Below, piece after piece: positions 17,835 to 26,795 of a DNA stretch of 64,000 bases. The translations under genes and the position numbers were made by a program. The stretch is taken from positions 72,463 through 136,462 of the forward strand of contig JAEWZT010000002.1 in NCBI GenBank assembly GCA_023458375.1, in the 5' to 3' direction. Below the pieces are notes generated by a model. That model saw only the letters and a list, made by a program, of their open reading frames with translations, searched no databases and was not told where the DNA came from. Position 1 is the first letter of the stretch, and each line of letters opens with the position of its first letter. This DNA is from Bacillota bacterium. Its GTDB lineage: Bacteria; Bacillota; Clostridia; Christensenellales; CAG-314.

Positions 17835-19673
17835 ATGAAACTTAATTATAAACGGACCTTTTTCGTAGGGCTTGCCTTTTTTCTTATATGCGCTTTTTGG
17901 CAGGCATACGACACCTTAGTGGCGCTTACGCTTACTAACAAATACGGTATGAGCCAGACGTGGTCGGGCGTAATTATGGCGCTAGACAACGTTTTGGCGC
18001 TGTTTTTGCTTCCTCTTTTCGGCGCGCTGTCAGACAGGGCAAAGGGAAGGCTCGCAAACCGTTTCGGCAAGCGCACGCCCTTTATTCTTATTGGCACGGT
18101 TATTGCCGTCGTATGTTTTTTAGGGCTTTCGGTAATGGACGCCCAGCAAATCAAACTTGTGGAAAACTACAACGACCCTGCAACCGTTTCAAGCGTGCTA
18201 TGGAATGAAAACCGCGAAATAGACAACCCCTACTACGGAGTAACAGATCCCGAAGTGGGCAAGTTCTTTAACACGGCGGAAAAAAAGGGAACGCTTCAAG
18301 ACCTTTACAAAGGACCTATCGCATATCAAAGCATATACTTAAACGCCCAGGGCGACTATTCTTCTTTGACGGCGGCAGAAATTTGGGATTATAACCCAAG
18401 CATAAAAAACCCCTACTACAATAAGACGTCTACCGTTGAGGGCGTTACGGTAAACACAACGCTTAAAGAGGGGACGGTAAGGCAGATTTTTAACAGCCAG
18501 GAAGATTTTGAAAAGGTATATACCGCTTCAACGCAGACAGGCGACCTTTACAAAAACGTGCAGGCGGGGGTAAAAAGCAGGCTTTCATCCCTATACGCCG
18601 ACTATGTCGTAAAGGTGCGCAACATTTACGCCCACCAAATAACGGTGCAAAACCCCCAAAACTTAATAGGCTTTATCGTGATTTTGCTTTTCGTGCTGTT
18701 TGCTATGGCGACTTTCCGCTCCCCCGCGGTGGCTTTAATGCCCGCCGTTACCATAAAGCCTTTGCGCAGTAAGGCAAACGGCATCATAAATATTATGGGC
18801 GTAGTAGGCGGTTCGTTGATTTTGGGGCTGGGTATGGTTTTGGGCACGGGCAAACCCGCCAACGCTTTAATGAATTATATACCCATAGTGTTAATTACGG
18901 CGACTATTATGATTGTTTCGCTTGCCGTGTTTATGCTTACGGTAAGAGAGCCTAAACTTGTTGAGGAAATGGAGGCGGAAACCAAAAAATACGGGCTTGA
19001 CAAGGAAAGCGACATGGTCACCGACCAAAAGGGGCACGCCCGCATGGGTAAAAAGCGCCTTACTTCCTTTATATTCCTTATGGCATCAATTTGCTTGTGG
19101 TTTTTCGGCTACAACGCCATTACAAGCAAATATTCCGTCTACGCAAGCCAGGTGCTGCTTGTAGACTACAACACCACTCTTTTGATTGCTCAAATCGCCG
19201 CTTTGATAGCCTTTTTGCCCGCGGGAATCGTCGCAAGCAAAATCGGCAGAAAAAAGACCATTATGGGCGGTATCGTAATGCTTACCGCCGCTTTTACGGT
19301 AGCAAGCTTTTTGGGTTCGGGCACTAACGTATGGCTGATGAACGGTCTCTTTATACTCGCGGGCATAGGCTGGGCGTCTATAAACGTCAACAGCCTGCCT
19401 ATGGTGGTGGAACTCGCAACGGGCGCGGACGTAGGCAAGTATACGGGGTTTTATTATACCGCGTCTATGTCTGCTCAAATTGTAACCCCCATTTTGTCGG
19501 GCGCTCTTATGGACGCGCTTAATTTGAAGATACTTTTCCCCTACGGCGCATTGTTTGTGGCGCTGTCCTTTATAACAATGATATTTGTCCACCACGGCGA
19601 CAGCAAGCCGCAAGACAGCAAAGGGCTTGAAGCGCTTGCCGACGCGGAGGACAGAATAGAAAACCAAGCGTAA
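17835..19673 (+). CDS. MFS transporter (GPH/SLC45-like) with a large inserted hydrophilic domain
   Basis: 612 aa with an LSDR...GKRTPFI motif after TM2. About 175 aa of non-membrane insert (roughly residues 100-275) carries a repeated xDNPYYG/IKNPYYN motif. Confidence 0.85.
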   Translation: MKLNYKRTFFVGLAFFLICAFWQAYDTLVALTLTNKYGMSQTWSGVIMALDNVLALFLLPLFGALSDRAKGRLANRFGKRTPFILIGTVIAVVCFLGLSVMDAQQIKLVENYNDPATVSSVLWNENREIDNPYYGVTDPEVGKFFNTAEKKGTLQDLYKGPIAYQSIYLNAQGDYSSLTAAEIWDYNPSIKNPYYNKTSTVEGVTVNTTLKEGTVRQIFNSQEDFEKVYTASTQTGDLYKNVQAGVKSRLSSLYADYVVKVRNIYAHQITVQNPQNLIGFIVILLFVLFAMATFRSPAVALMPAVTIKPLRSKANGIINIMGVVGGSLILGLGMVLGTGKPANALMNYIPIVLITATIMIVSLAVFMLTVREPKLVEEMEAETKKYGLDKESDMVTDQKGHARMGKKRLTSFIFLMASICLWFFGYNAITSKYSVYASQVLLVDYNTTLLIAQIAALIAFLPAGIVASKIGRKKTIMGGIVMLTAAFTVASFLGSGTNVWLMNGLFILAGIGWASINVNSLPMVVELATGADVGKYTGFYYTASMSAQIVTPILSGALMDALNLKILFPYGALFVALSFITMIFVHHGDSKPQDSKGLEALADAEDRIENQA

Positions 19674-19740
19674 ACTAATTTCCTTAGCTTTTTAGACGGC
19701 GCAAGACGCTGTGTTCAAGGCAGGAATGCATTTTTCAAAA

Positions 19741-19789
19741 GGGGATAATAACGACAGCTAATGACGACGGTTATTTATCCCCTTTTTTC
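19741..19789 (+). terminator. Rho-independent terminator of the MFS gene
   Basis: GGGGATAATAAC (19741-19752) pairs with GTTATTTATCCCC (to 19782), with one bulge, then TTTTTT. Confidence 0.7.
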
Positions 19790-20081
19790 TGCCCGCTTTC
19801 CGTTTAGGCTCAACAAAAGCTGTAAAAAATCAAAAAAACTTTTGCCGCAAAGAGGGGGTTAAAGAAGACAACTAGAAAATAAAATCCGCCCTTTAAAAAC
19901 GGTTTTTTTCGTAAACAATTTTGGAGGACGCAAGAGTTAAATCTTAAAAAATATTCTGCGGCAGAATGACTTTTGAGTTAATGCTTGACTGAAAATCTCT
20001 AAAATCCGTCTATGAAAAAGCAAAAAGTTTCGGTTCAAAAATCTTAACGGTCTTAAAACAACAACGGCGCAACATTTTAAA

Positions 20082-20115
20082 ACGCAACTCATTTAAAAAC
20101 GCAACTCATTTAAAA
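20082..20115. repeat. perfect 17-bp tandem duplication
   Basis: ACGCAACTCATTTAAAA occurs at 20082-20098 and again at 20099-20115. Confidence 0.95.
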
Positions 20116-20173
20116 AGATATCAAGGCGCGAATAAAGCCGCACCTTTTCTTTTACCGCTTAATAAAGAAAAAG

Positions 20174-20187
20174 TTTAGTCCACTAAA
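20174..20187. promoter_or_regulatory. 14-bp palindromic candidate operator, copy 1
   Basis: TTTAGT-CC-ACTAAA, where the 6-nt arms are exact reverse complements. Confidence 0.5.
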
Positions 20188-20218
20188 AATAAATATTTTG
20201 CAAAAAAATAAATAAAAA

Positions 20219-20232
20219 TTTAGTCCACTAAA
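20219..20232. promoter_or_regulatory. 14-bp palindromic candidate operator, copy 2
   Basis: Identical TTTAGTCCACTAAA, 45 bp centre-to-centre from copy 1. Both copies sit in A-rich flanks, 150-200 bp upstream of the c-di-GMP gene. Confidence 0.5.
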
Positions 20233-20344
20233 TAAAGGAAGTTTTCATTAATTAAATAAACAAAAACGTTTTTGCCCCGCCCGCCGTAAAAAATGACTTT
20301 AAAGCTTTTATTTTCATTTTATTAGCGCATATCTTTTTGAAGTA

Positions 20345-20373
20345 TTGCTTTTTGCTCCGCTATTTGTTATAAT
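20345..20373 (+). promoter_or_regulatory. sigma-A type promoter abutting the ATG of the c-di-GMP gene
   Basis: TTGCTT (20345-20350), 17 nt, TGtTATAAT (TATAAT at 20368-20373), then 7 nt to the ATG at 20381. There is no SD. Confidence 0.55.
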
Positions 20374-20380
20374 TTGACAA

Positions 20381-23300
20381 ATGAAAAAGAATCTTGCGAT
20401 TAAAAGGTTTCTTTTGTTTACAATTGCGCTTATATTTGCGTTTAACGCGGTCTTTTGCTTTGCGCCCGCCGCCCTTGCCCTGCGGCTGACAAAAACCCCA
20501 AAGCAATATACCGTCTCTTGGTTTGATTTGCCCGGTTTTCAAGAAACGGATGGCAAGGGAAAACCCTACGGCTATATTTACGAATATCTTACAAAATTAG
20601 CTGAATACGGAAATTTTATTTTTAAATATATACACGCGGAAACGCAGGACGCCTACCCCGAAGAAATTAAAAACGAACAGGGCGACGTTATACATAATAA
20701 GGGCGATTTAATTTGCAACGGCGACGGCGTTTTAAGCCACGCGGAATGTTACGATTTGGCTAAATACGGGTTTTTGGATATATTAACCTGCACTTTGCGC
20801 ACCGAGCAAAGGGAAAAGGAACTGCTGTTTTCCAACAACGACTGCGGCAAGGTTTATTACACTCTGTTTACCGATTTGCAAAGCGGCATAAAAAGCGTTG
20901 ACGACTTATATTTAATTGAAAACCTTACGGTAGCTATGGTGGCATCCCCCGCCAACGAATATGATTTTGCAAACTACGCCGAAGCGGCGGGCTTAAATTA
21001 TACCCTCTTGCGGTGCGAGGGAATGCAGGAAATATATGACGCCGTTAAGCAGGGGCGCGCCCACGCCATAGTAAACACCGGGTATATTTCCTATAAACAA
21101 TATAACATTTTGGCAAGGTTTTCCCCCAAGCCCATGTATTTTTGGACGGCAAAAAACAACGGTCTTTTAATGTCGGAAATAAACTACGCGATGGACTCGT
21201 TGGCAATAGATAACCCGACCTTTACGACGGAACTATACAACAAATATTTTCAGGTAGGGGTAATATCCATTTCGCAAGAGGAAGTCATAGCCGTTTTGTC
21301 CCTTGTGGCGGTAATGACGCTTTTGACTGTTTTAATAGTAATATCAAGGTCAACGCGCGAAAGAAACAGAATTATTTACCGCGACAGGCTTACGGGGGCG
21401 TATTCGCAGTTGGGCTTTGAGGTGGAGGCACGCCGCAAAATAAACAAACTGCAAAGCGTCAACTTTTTTGTAATTGACTTTGACATAGATAATTTTGAAA
21501 TATTCAATAACGTAAACGGCTACGAAGAGGGGGATAAGCTGTTAATTGAGCTGGCAAATATTTCGTCGGTTTTCAATAACGAATACGCCGTAGTGGCGCG
21601 TTACGAAGCCGACCACTTTGTAAAGCTTGTGTGCGCGCCCTCCCTTGCCAAAGCGGAGGAAGTGCTTTTAGCGGAAAACCAAAGGCTTGTTGAGCTATAC
21701 CCCGACTACCCCATAACCATTACATACGGCATATACGAAGTAAACGACAGATCTTTGCCCGTATCGGTGATGCGCGACCGCGCCTGCGTAGCCAAAAGAA
21801 GCGTAAAAAACGTAAGAAACCAAATATACGGCATATACAAAGAAATGATGCACCAAAAGCAGATAGAAGAAAATCAGCTTCTGCGCTCCCTTGAAGAAGC
21901 TTTGGCTTCAAAGCGTTTCGTGCCTTTTTATCAGCCCAAGGTGGACACCAAAACGGAAAAGCCCGTAGGGCTTGAAGCTTTGGCGCGCTTAATAAAAGAA
22001 AACGGCGAGGTGATACCGCCCGCAGCCTTTATAGCTCCCCTTGAAAAAACGGGGCTTATTACCCAGCTTGACTTTTTAATTTACACTCAGGTATGCGACA
22101 TGCTCAAAAAAGAGCGCGCGGAAGGGAAAAACCCCCTGCCCGTTTCGGTAAACTTTTCACGCTCTCACGTTTACGATGTAAAGTTTGTAAATAAACTCAT
22201 AAAAATAGCCGCCGACAGAAATATCCCCTGCGATTTGCTTGAAATTGAGCTTACCGAAAGCATATTTATAGCCGACAGGGACGCCGTAGTTAAAGTTGTA
22301 AACAACTTGCACCACGCGGGATTTACCGTATCCATTGACGACTTCGGCAGCGGATTTTCTTCATTGACAGTGTTAAAGGACGTATTCTTTGACGTGGTTA
22401 AGCTTGACAAACAGTTTTTAAGCTCCACTTCTTCAAACGAAAGATGCCTGGCAATTGTAGAATCTTCCGTAACGCTTGCAAAGCAGTTGGGGCTTGTAAC
22501 CATTGCCGAAGGGGTGGAAAGCAAAGAGCAGCTTGAATTTTTGCGCACCACCGGCTGCGACAGGCTGCAAGGCTTTTTCTTCGCGCGCCCAATGCCCTAC
22601 GACCAGCTTACGGCGTATCTTGAAGCCGTTTCAAACGCGCCCAAAACCAGCTTAAACTATAAAGAAATCATAGCTTCGGGCAAGCTGCCCCTTTTAAATT
22701 ACGCAAAGGGAAGCGAAATAAAAGACAAACAGCGTTTTCAGGCGATGTTTGACTCAATGCCCTTAGGGCTTTCGGTATGGGGCTTTTCAAATAACAGGCT
22801 GTATGAAATCAACAAGGCGACGCTTGACATATTAGGCCGCACAAAAGAGGAAATAGAGTTTACCTACTGGGACGCTTTTGTGCACCAGGACGACAAAAAA
22901 GTGCTTGAAGATATGTATCGCCGTATTTTAAACGACGAAAACGAAAAGGTGTCGCGCCCTTTGCGCTTTTACCGCGCCGACGGAAAGCTTGCTTATATTT
23001 ATTTCACCATAATGGCTTTCGGCTACAACGAAAAGGGAGAGAACTTGGGGCTTTGCATAATGCAGGACCAAACTTACTTTGTGCGGCAGGAAGAGCGCAT
23101 ACGCCTTTCGGAAGAACGCTTCCGCATGATTGAAAACACTATTGACGAGGTCGTATTTGACATTGACGTAATAAATAATTGCATAACATTTTTGGTAAAG
23201 GGCGCTAAGCCCCGCAAAATTGACAACTATGTAAGCGAACTTGAAGACAAAACCTATATCCACCCCGACGACTTAAAAAGATGGAAAGGGGCTTTACAAA

Positions 23301-23995
23301 AATGTATCAATACGTCGGGCGCTTGCACGGGTAAACTTGATTGCAGAAGCACGGTTTTCGGAAACGGTTATATTTGGTGCAGATATTTTTACACTTCAAT
23401 CTGCGACGGCGAGGGCAAGGCGACGCAAATAGTGGGCAGAATTGAAGACATTAACGATGAAATGGCAAACCTTATAAAGCTTCGCAACGACGCTCAGTTT
23501 GACCCTCTTACAAAACTTTACAACAGGGACAATATGGCGTTTAAGGTTGAAAGCATAATGGTTACCTCGCCCCCCAATTCCTCTCACGCCTGCTTTATGA
23601 TTGACGTGGACAATTTCCGTAACAGCAACGCGAAACACGGGCACCTTATGTCAGACAGAATTTTAGTCAAGTTTGCCGAGATAATCAAAAGCGTTGTGAG
23701 CGAAAAAGACTTGGTTTCGCGCATAGGCGGCGACGAGTTTTTGGTATTTGTGCTTAACGCCACAAAAGAAAAAGCAAAGGAACTGGGGGAAAAAATTGTC
23801 GCGGCGTCTATAAAGTTTAACGTTAACGGCATAGGCGAAGTCAAGCAGGGGTGCAGTATCGGCGGGGCGTTGTTTTACGGACAAAACATTTCTTACAGCC
23901 AATTAGTTACCCAAGCCGACTCGGCAATGTATTACGCAAAGCAGCACGGCAAGTCGCAAGTCGTCTTTTACGACGAAATCAAAAAAGGGAAATAA
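20381..23995 (+). CDS. multidomain c-di-GMP signalling protein: signal peptide, SBP-like periplasmic domain, TM, degenerate GGDEF, EAL, 2x PAS, GGDEF
   Basis: 1204 aa. The first GGDEF-like domain reads RYEADHF at the active site. The EAL domain keeps EALAR, ELTES, DDFGSGFSSL, KLDKQF, EGVES and QGFFF. The C-terminal domain has an intact RIGGDEFLV. Confidence 0.9.
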   Translation: MKKNLAIKRFLLFTIALIFAFNAVFCFAPAALALRLTKTPKQYTVSWFDLPGFQETDGKGKPYGYIYEYLTKLAEYGNFIFKYIHAETQDAYPEEIKNEQGDVIHNKGDLICNGDGVLSHAECYDLAKYGFLDILTCTLRTEQREKELLFSNNDCGKVYYTLFTDLQSGIKSVDDLYLIENLTVAMVASPANEYDFANYAEAAGLNYTLLRCEGMQEIYDAVKQGRAHAIVNTGYISYKQYNILARFSPKPMYFWTAKNNGLLMSEINYAMDSLAIDNPTFTTELYNKYFQVGVISISQEEVIAVLSLVAVMTLLTVLIVISRSTRERNRIIYRDRLTGAYSQLGFEVEARRKINKLQSVNFFVIDFDIDNFEIFNNVNGYEEGDKLLIELANISSVFNNEYAVVARYEADHFVKLVCAPSLAKAEEVLLAENQRLVELYPDYPITITYGIYEVNDRSLPVSVMRDRACVAKRSVKNVRNQIYGIYKEMMHQKQIEENQLLRSLEEALASKRFVPFYQPKVDTKTEKPVGLEALARLIKENGEVIPPAAFIAPLEKTGLITQLDFLIYTQVCDMLKKERAEGKNPLPVSVNFSRSHVYDVKFVNKLIKIAADRNIPCDLLEIELTESIFIADRDAVVKVVNNLHHAGFTVSIDDFGSGFSSLTVLKDVFFDVVKLDKQFLSSTSSNERCLAIVESSVTLAKQLGLVTIAEGVESKEQLEFLRTTGCDRLQGFFFARPMPYDQLTAYLEAVSNAPKTSLNYKEIIASGKLPLLNYAKGSEIKDKQRFQAMFDSMPLGLSVWGFSNNRLYEINKATLDILGRTKEEIEFTYWDAFVHQDDKKVLEDMYRRILNDENEKVSRPLRFYRADGKLAYIYFTIMAFGYNEKGENLGLCIMQDQTYFVRQEERIRLSEERFRMIENTIDEVVFDIDVINNCITFLVKGAKPRKIDNYVSELEDKTYIHPDDLKRWKGALQKCINTSGACTGKLDCRSTVFGNGYIWCRYFYTSICDGEGKATQIVGRIEDINDEMANLIKLRNDAQFDPLTKLYNRDNMAFKVESIMVTSPPNSSHACFMIDVDNFRNSNAKHGHLMSDRILVKFAEIIKSVVSEKDLVSRIGGDEFLVFVLNATKEKAKELGEKIVAASIKFNVNGIGEVKQGCSIGGALFYGQNISYSQLVTQADSAMYYAKQHGKSQVVFYDEIKKGK

Positions 23996-24112
23996 AAATA
24001 TCCGCAAACCCTTGCCCAAAGCATTTTACCCGCCCTCTTGACAAGCGTTTAAAACCTTTCCGTTTTTATTTTAAGTTCGGATTTTTAAAGTTAGCTTATA
24101 ATACAAAAACCG

Positions 24113-24142
24113 CTCCCGCAAAAACTTTTGCGGGGGTTTTGT
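24113..24142 (+). terminator. Rho-independent terminator of the c-di-GMP gene
   Basis: CCCGCAAAA (24115-24123) pairs with TTTTGCGGG (24126-24134), followed by a T-rich run. Confidence 0.75.
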
Positions 24143-24536
24143 TTTACTGCAAGAAATTTATCCCGTCCGCGCTTTTAAAATGGAATACGCAATTTTTTCG
24201 GCTTTGCCTTAGGGGTTAAGCAAAAGTCAAGGGGTTTGGCGTTTTGAACTTATTTTAAATATTTTTTTATTGAATCTGGCGGCAGCTGCCGTAAAAACTT
24301 TTATGCTTTAAAAAGCAGGAAAATATTTTTTATCTTTAAAAAAAGAGCGGGAAACGAAGTTTTCAACGCGGCGACAGGCTAAACGCTAATCGGTCAATAC
24401 AAATTAAAATCGGCGCGGTTAGCTAATTACGCGCCTGCTTGCGGTTTCTTTTGCATTTTAAACAGTTTCTTGCTTTGTTTTTTTAAAAACAAAATTACGC
24501 TGTTTTTGACGGCGCTTAAATGTTTATATGCCTTAG

Positions 24537-24565
24537 TTGACAAAATAACGCTGTGAGAGTAAAAT
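24537..24565 (+). promoter_or_regulatory. sigma-A type promoter of the K+ uptake operon
   Basis: TTGACA (24537-24542), 17 nt, TAAAAT (24560-24565), 25 nt upstream of the ATG at 24591. Confidence 0.65.
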
Positions 24566-24590
24566 TACGGCTATTAAAAAGAAAAAAGTT

Positions 24591-25955
24591 ATGAAAGAGG
24601 GTTTGTTCAAGGGGTTTTTCCTCAAAATAAAAGAAAAACTAAGCGGGTATCAAATAGCCGTCATACTTTATGTTTCCGTTATTTTACTGGGAAGTGCCTT
24701 GCTGTCTATCCCCGCGGCAAGCAAAAGCGGCGCGGCGCCCTCATATTTGGACTGCCTTTTTACTTCCGCTTCGGCGACCTGCGTAACGGGGCTTACGGTA
24801 GCGGACACCTTTTTGCAGTGGAGCCTTTTTGGTCAGATTATCATTTTAACGCTTGTTCAGGCGGGCGGACTGGGCTTTATGACGGTAATGACCTTCATTT
24901 TGCTTTTGCTCAAAGGCAGGCTGTCCCTTTCGGAAACTTCGCTGTTTTTGCAGTCGGCGGGCGGAGGGGTATTAAGCAGCGGAAAAAAGCTTGTCAAAAA
25001 TATAATTTTGTGGACTTTTGCATGCGAACTTTTGGGAACGGCGCTGCTTTGCATACGTTTTTGCCAAGACTTCGGCGCCGAAGGAATATGGATTTCCCTT
25101 TTTACGGCGGTATCCGCCATTTGCAACGCGGGTTTTGACCTAATGGGGCGCTTTGGGGAAAATTCCTCCCTTATTGTATACAGCTCCGATGCGCTGGTGC
25201 TTTTGACGGTAATATTTTTAATGTTTTTGGGAAGCGTGGGCTTTTTGGCGCTTTCCGACGCCGCCGCAAACAAAGGCAAATGGAAAAAATATTCACTTCA
25301 AACAAAAATAATTTTTTCCCTTTCCTTTGCGCTTATAATTTTGGGCGCGGTTAGCTTTATGGCGCTGGAATGGAACGGCGTTTTAGAAGGCAAAAGCTTT
25401 GGCGAAAAGCTGCTTTGCAGTTTATTTTCTTCCGTTTCCCCGCGCACTGCTGGCTATTTTGTGGTTAAAACTTCCTCTTTAAGCGATGCGGCGCGCTTTT
25501 TAACTGTGGCTCTTATGTTTATAGGCGGCTCTCCCGGCGGCACGGCGGGGGGAATAAAGACCACGACTTTTTTGGTTCTTTTTCTGTCGGTTTTTTCTCA
25601 AATGAAAAGGCGCTCTTCCATTACCGTATGCAAAAGAAGGATAGACGGGGAGGCGCTGCCGCAAGCGGCGGCGGTAGCTTCGCTGTATTTGACTTTAATA
25701 ACTTTGTGCACCGTAATAATTCTCGCCGTTGAAAAACTTCCCCTTTCCGACGCGCTTTTTGAAGTGGTGTCGGCGATAGGCACGGTGGGTTTAACTACGG
25801 GCATAACGCAAAGCCTTAGCGCGCTTTCAAAAATAATACTGATGTTTTTAATGCTTGCGGGCAGAGTGGGCGTATTGTCCGTTGCGCTTGTGTTTTCCCG
25901 CAAAAAGGGGATAGCTCCCCTTGACCGCCCTACGGAAAAAATAACCGTAGGTTAA
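24591..25955 (+). CDS. TrkH/KtrB-family potassium uptake membrane subunit
   Basis: 454 aa, polytopic, with repeated pore-loop-like segments (TCVTGL, CNAGFD, RTAGY, GTVGLT) typical of the Trk/Ktr family. Confidence 0.9.
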   Translation: MKEGLFKGFFLKIKEKLSGYQIAVILYVSVILLGSALLSIPAASKSGAAPSYLDCLFTSASATCVTGLTVADTFLQWSLFGQIIILTLVQAGGLGFMTVMTFILLLLKGRLSLSETSLFLQSAGGGVLSSGKKLVKNIILWTFACELLGTALLCIRFCQDFGAEGIWISLFTAVSAICNAGFDLMGRFGENSSLIVYSSDALVLLTVIFLMFLGSVGFLALSDAAANKGKWKKYSLQTKIIFSLSFALIILGAVSFMALEWNGVLEGKSFGEKLLCSLFSSVSPRTAGYFVVKTSSLSDAARFLTVALMFIGGSPGGTAGGIKTTTFLVLFLSVFSQMKRRSSITVCKRRIDGEALPQAAAVASLYLTLITLCTVIILAVEKLPLSDALFEVVSAIGTVGLTTGITQSLSALSKIILMFLMLAGRVGVLSVALVFSRKKGIAPLDRPTEKITVG

Positions 25956-25971
25956 AAGGAGATAATTAAAA

Positions 25972-26625
25972 ATGAAATCTATGCTTGTAATAGGTATGGG
26001 CAAATACGGAACATATCTGGCCCAAAAGCTTCAAGACCTAAAAAACGACGTTTTGGTAATTGACAAAAACCAAAGGACGATAGAAGAACTTTCCTACCGT
26101 TTCCCCGACGCGCTTGTGGGCGACTGCACCAAAAAAGAAGTTTTGGAAAGCTTGGACGTAGAAAACTTTGACGTATGCTTTGTGGCTATTGACGAGGACT
26201 TTCAGTCTTCTTTGGAAATAGCTTCTTTGCTTAAAGACATGGGCGCAAAGCGCATAGTAAGCAAGGCGAGCAGGGAAACGCAGGAAAAGTTTTTAAAAAT
26301 GACGGGCGCTACCGAAGTTGTTTACCCCGACAAGGATATAGCGGAAAAAATGGCTACAAAATATTCTTCCGACGGAATATTCGACTACATTCCGCTGTCG
26401 GAAGAATACAGTATTTACGAGCTTGCCGTTAAAAACGCGTGGACGGGAAAAACCATAGAAGAACTTGACGTGCGCAAAAATTACGGCGTCAACATTTTGG
26501 CGGTGCGGCAAAAGGACGGCGAGATGGTGCTGCCCTCGCCCAAATACAGTTTTAACAAATACGACCACGTAGTGGTAATAGCGCACAAAAGCGAAATCGT
26601 TAAAATTGAAAACAAACTCAAATAA
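25972..26625 (+). CDS. TrkA/KtrA-family potassium uptake regulatory subunit (RCK N+C)
   Basis: 217 aa with an N-terminal Rossmann GMGKYG motif and a C-terminal TrkA_C-like domain. AAGGAG RBS; forms an operon with the preceding gene. Confidence 0.9.
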   Translation: MKSMLVIGMGKYGTYLAQKLQDLKNDVLVIDKNQRTIEELSYRFPDALVGDCTKKEVLESLDVENFDVCFVAIDEDFQSSLEIASLLKDMGAKRIVSKASRETQEKFLKMTGATEVVYPDKDIAEKMATKYSSDGIFDYIPLSEEYSIYELAVKNAWTGKTIEELDVRKNYGVNILAVRQKDGEMVLPSPKYSFNKYDHVVVIAHKSEIVKIENKLK

Positions 26626-26659
26626 GCATTCTTTTAAAGGCAAAAAGATGGGGTAATAA

Positions 26660-26689
26660 TTGACAAACGCTTCACATCTTTGGTATATT
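26660..26689 (+). promoter_or_regulatory. candidate promoter of the CaCA antiporter gene
   Basis: TTGACA (26660-26665), 18 nt, TGgTATATT (TATATT at 26684-26689). Confidence 0.5.
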
Positions 26690-26735
26690 TTTATGTGCTG
26701 ATAGATAAAAGATTTATGAAAAACTAAGCTTTGGG

Positions 26736-26772
26736 GGTGGGAAGCTGAGATGTTTTCCACCTTTATTTGTTG
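26736..26772 (+). terminator. terminator-like hairpin between the candidate promoter and the CaCA start
   Basis: GGTGGGAA (26736-26743) pairs with TTCCACC (26755-26761) with one bulge, then TTTATTTGTT. It could be the ktr operon terminator or a leader attenuator. Confidence 0.5.
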
Positions 26773-26795
26773 AACCACCTTAAAAAGAGAGTATT

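Noticed and set aside
24300-24590. Possible ydaO-type c-di-AMP riboswitch upstream of the ktrB/ktrA-like operon
   Set aside because: There are only scattered resemblances (AGAGCGGGAAAC, CGACAGGCTAAACGC) and the pseudo-symmetric two-half architecture is absent. The best promoter (24537-24565) is downstream of these motifs.
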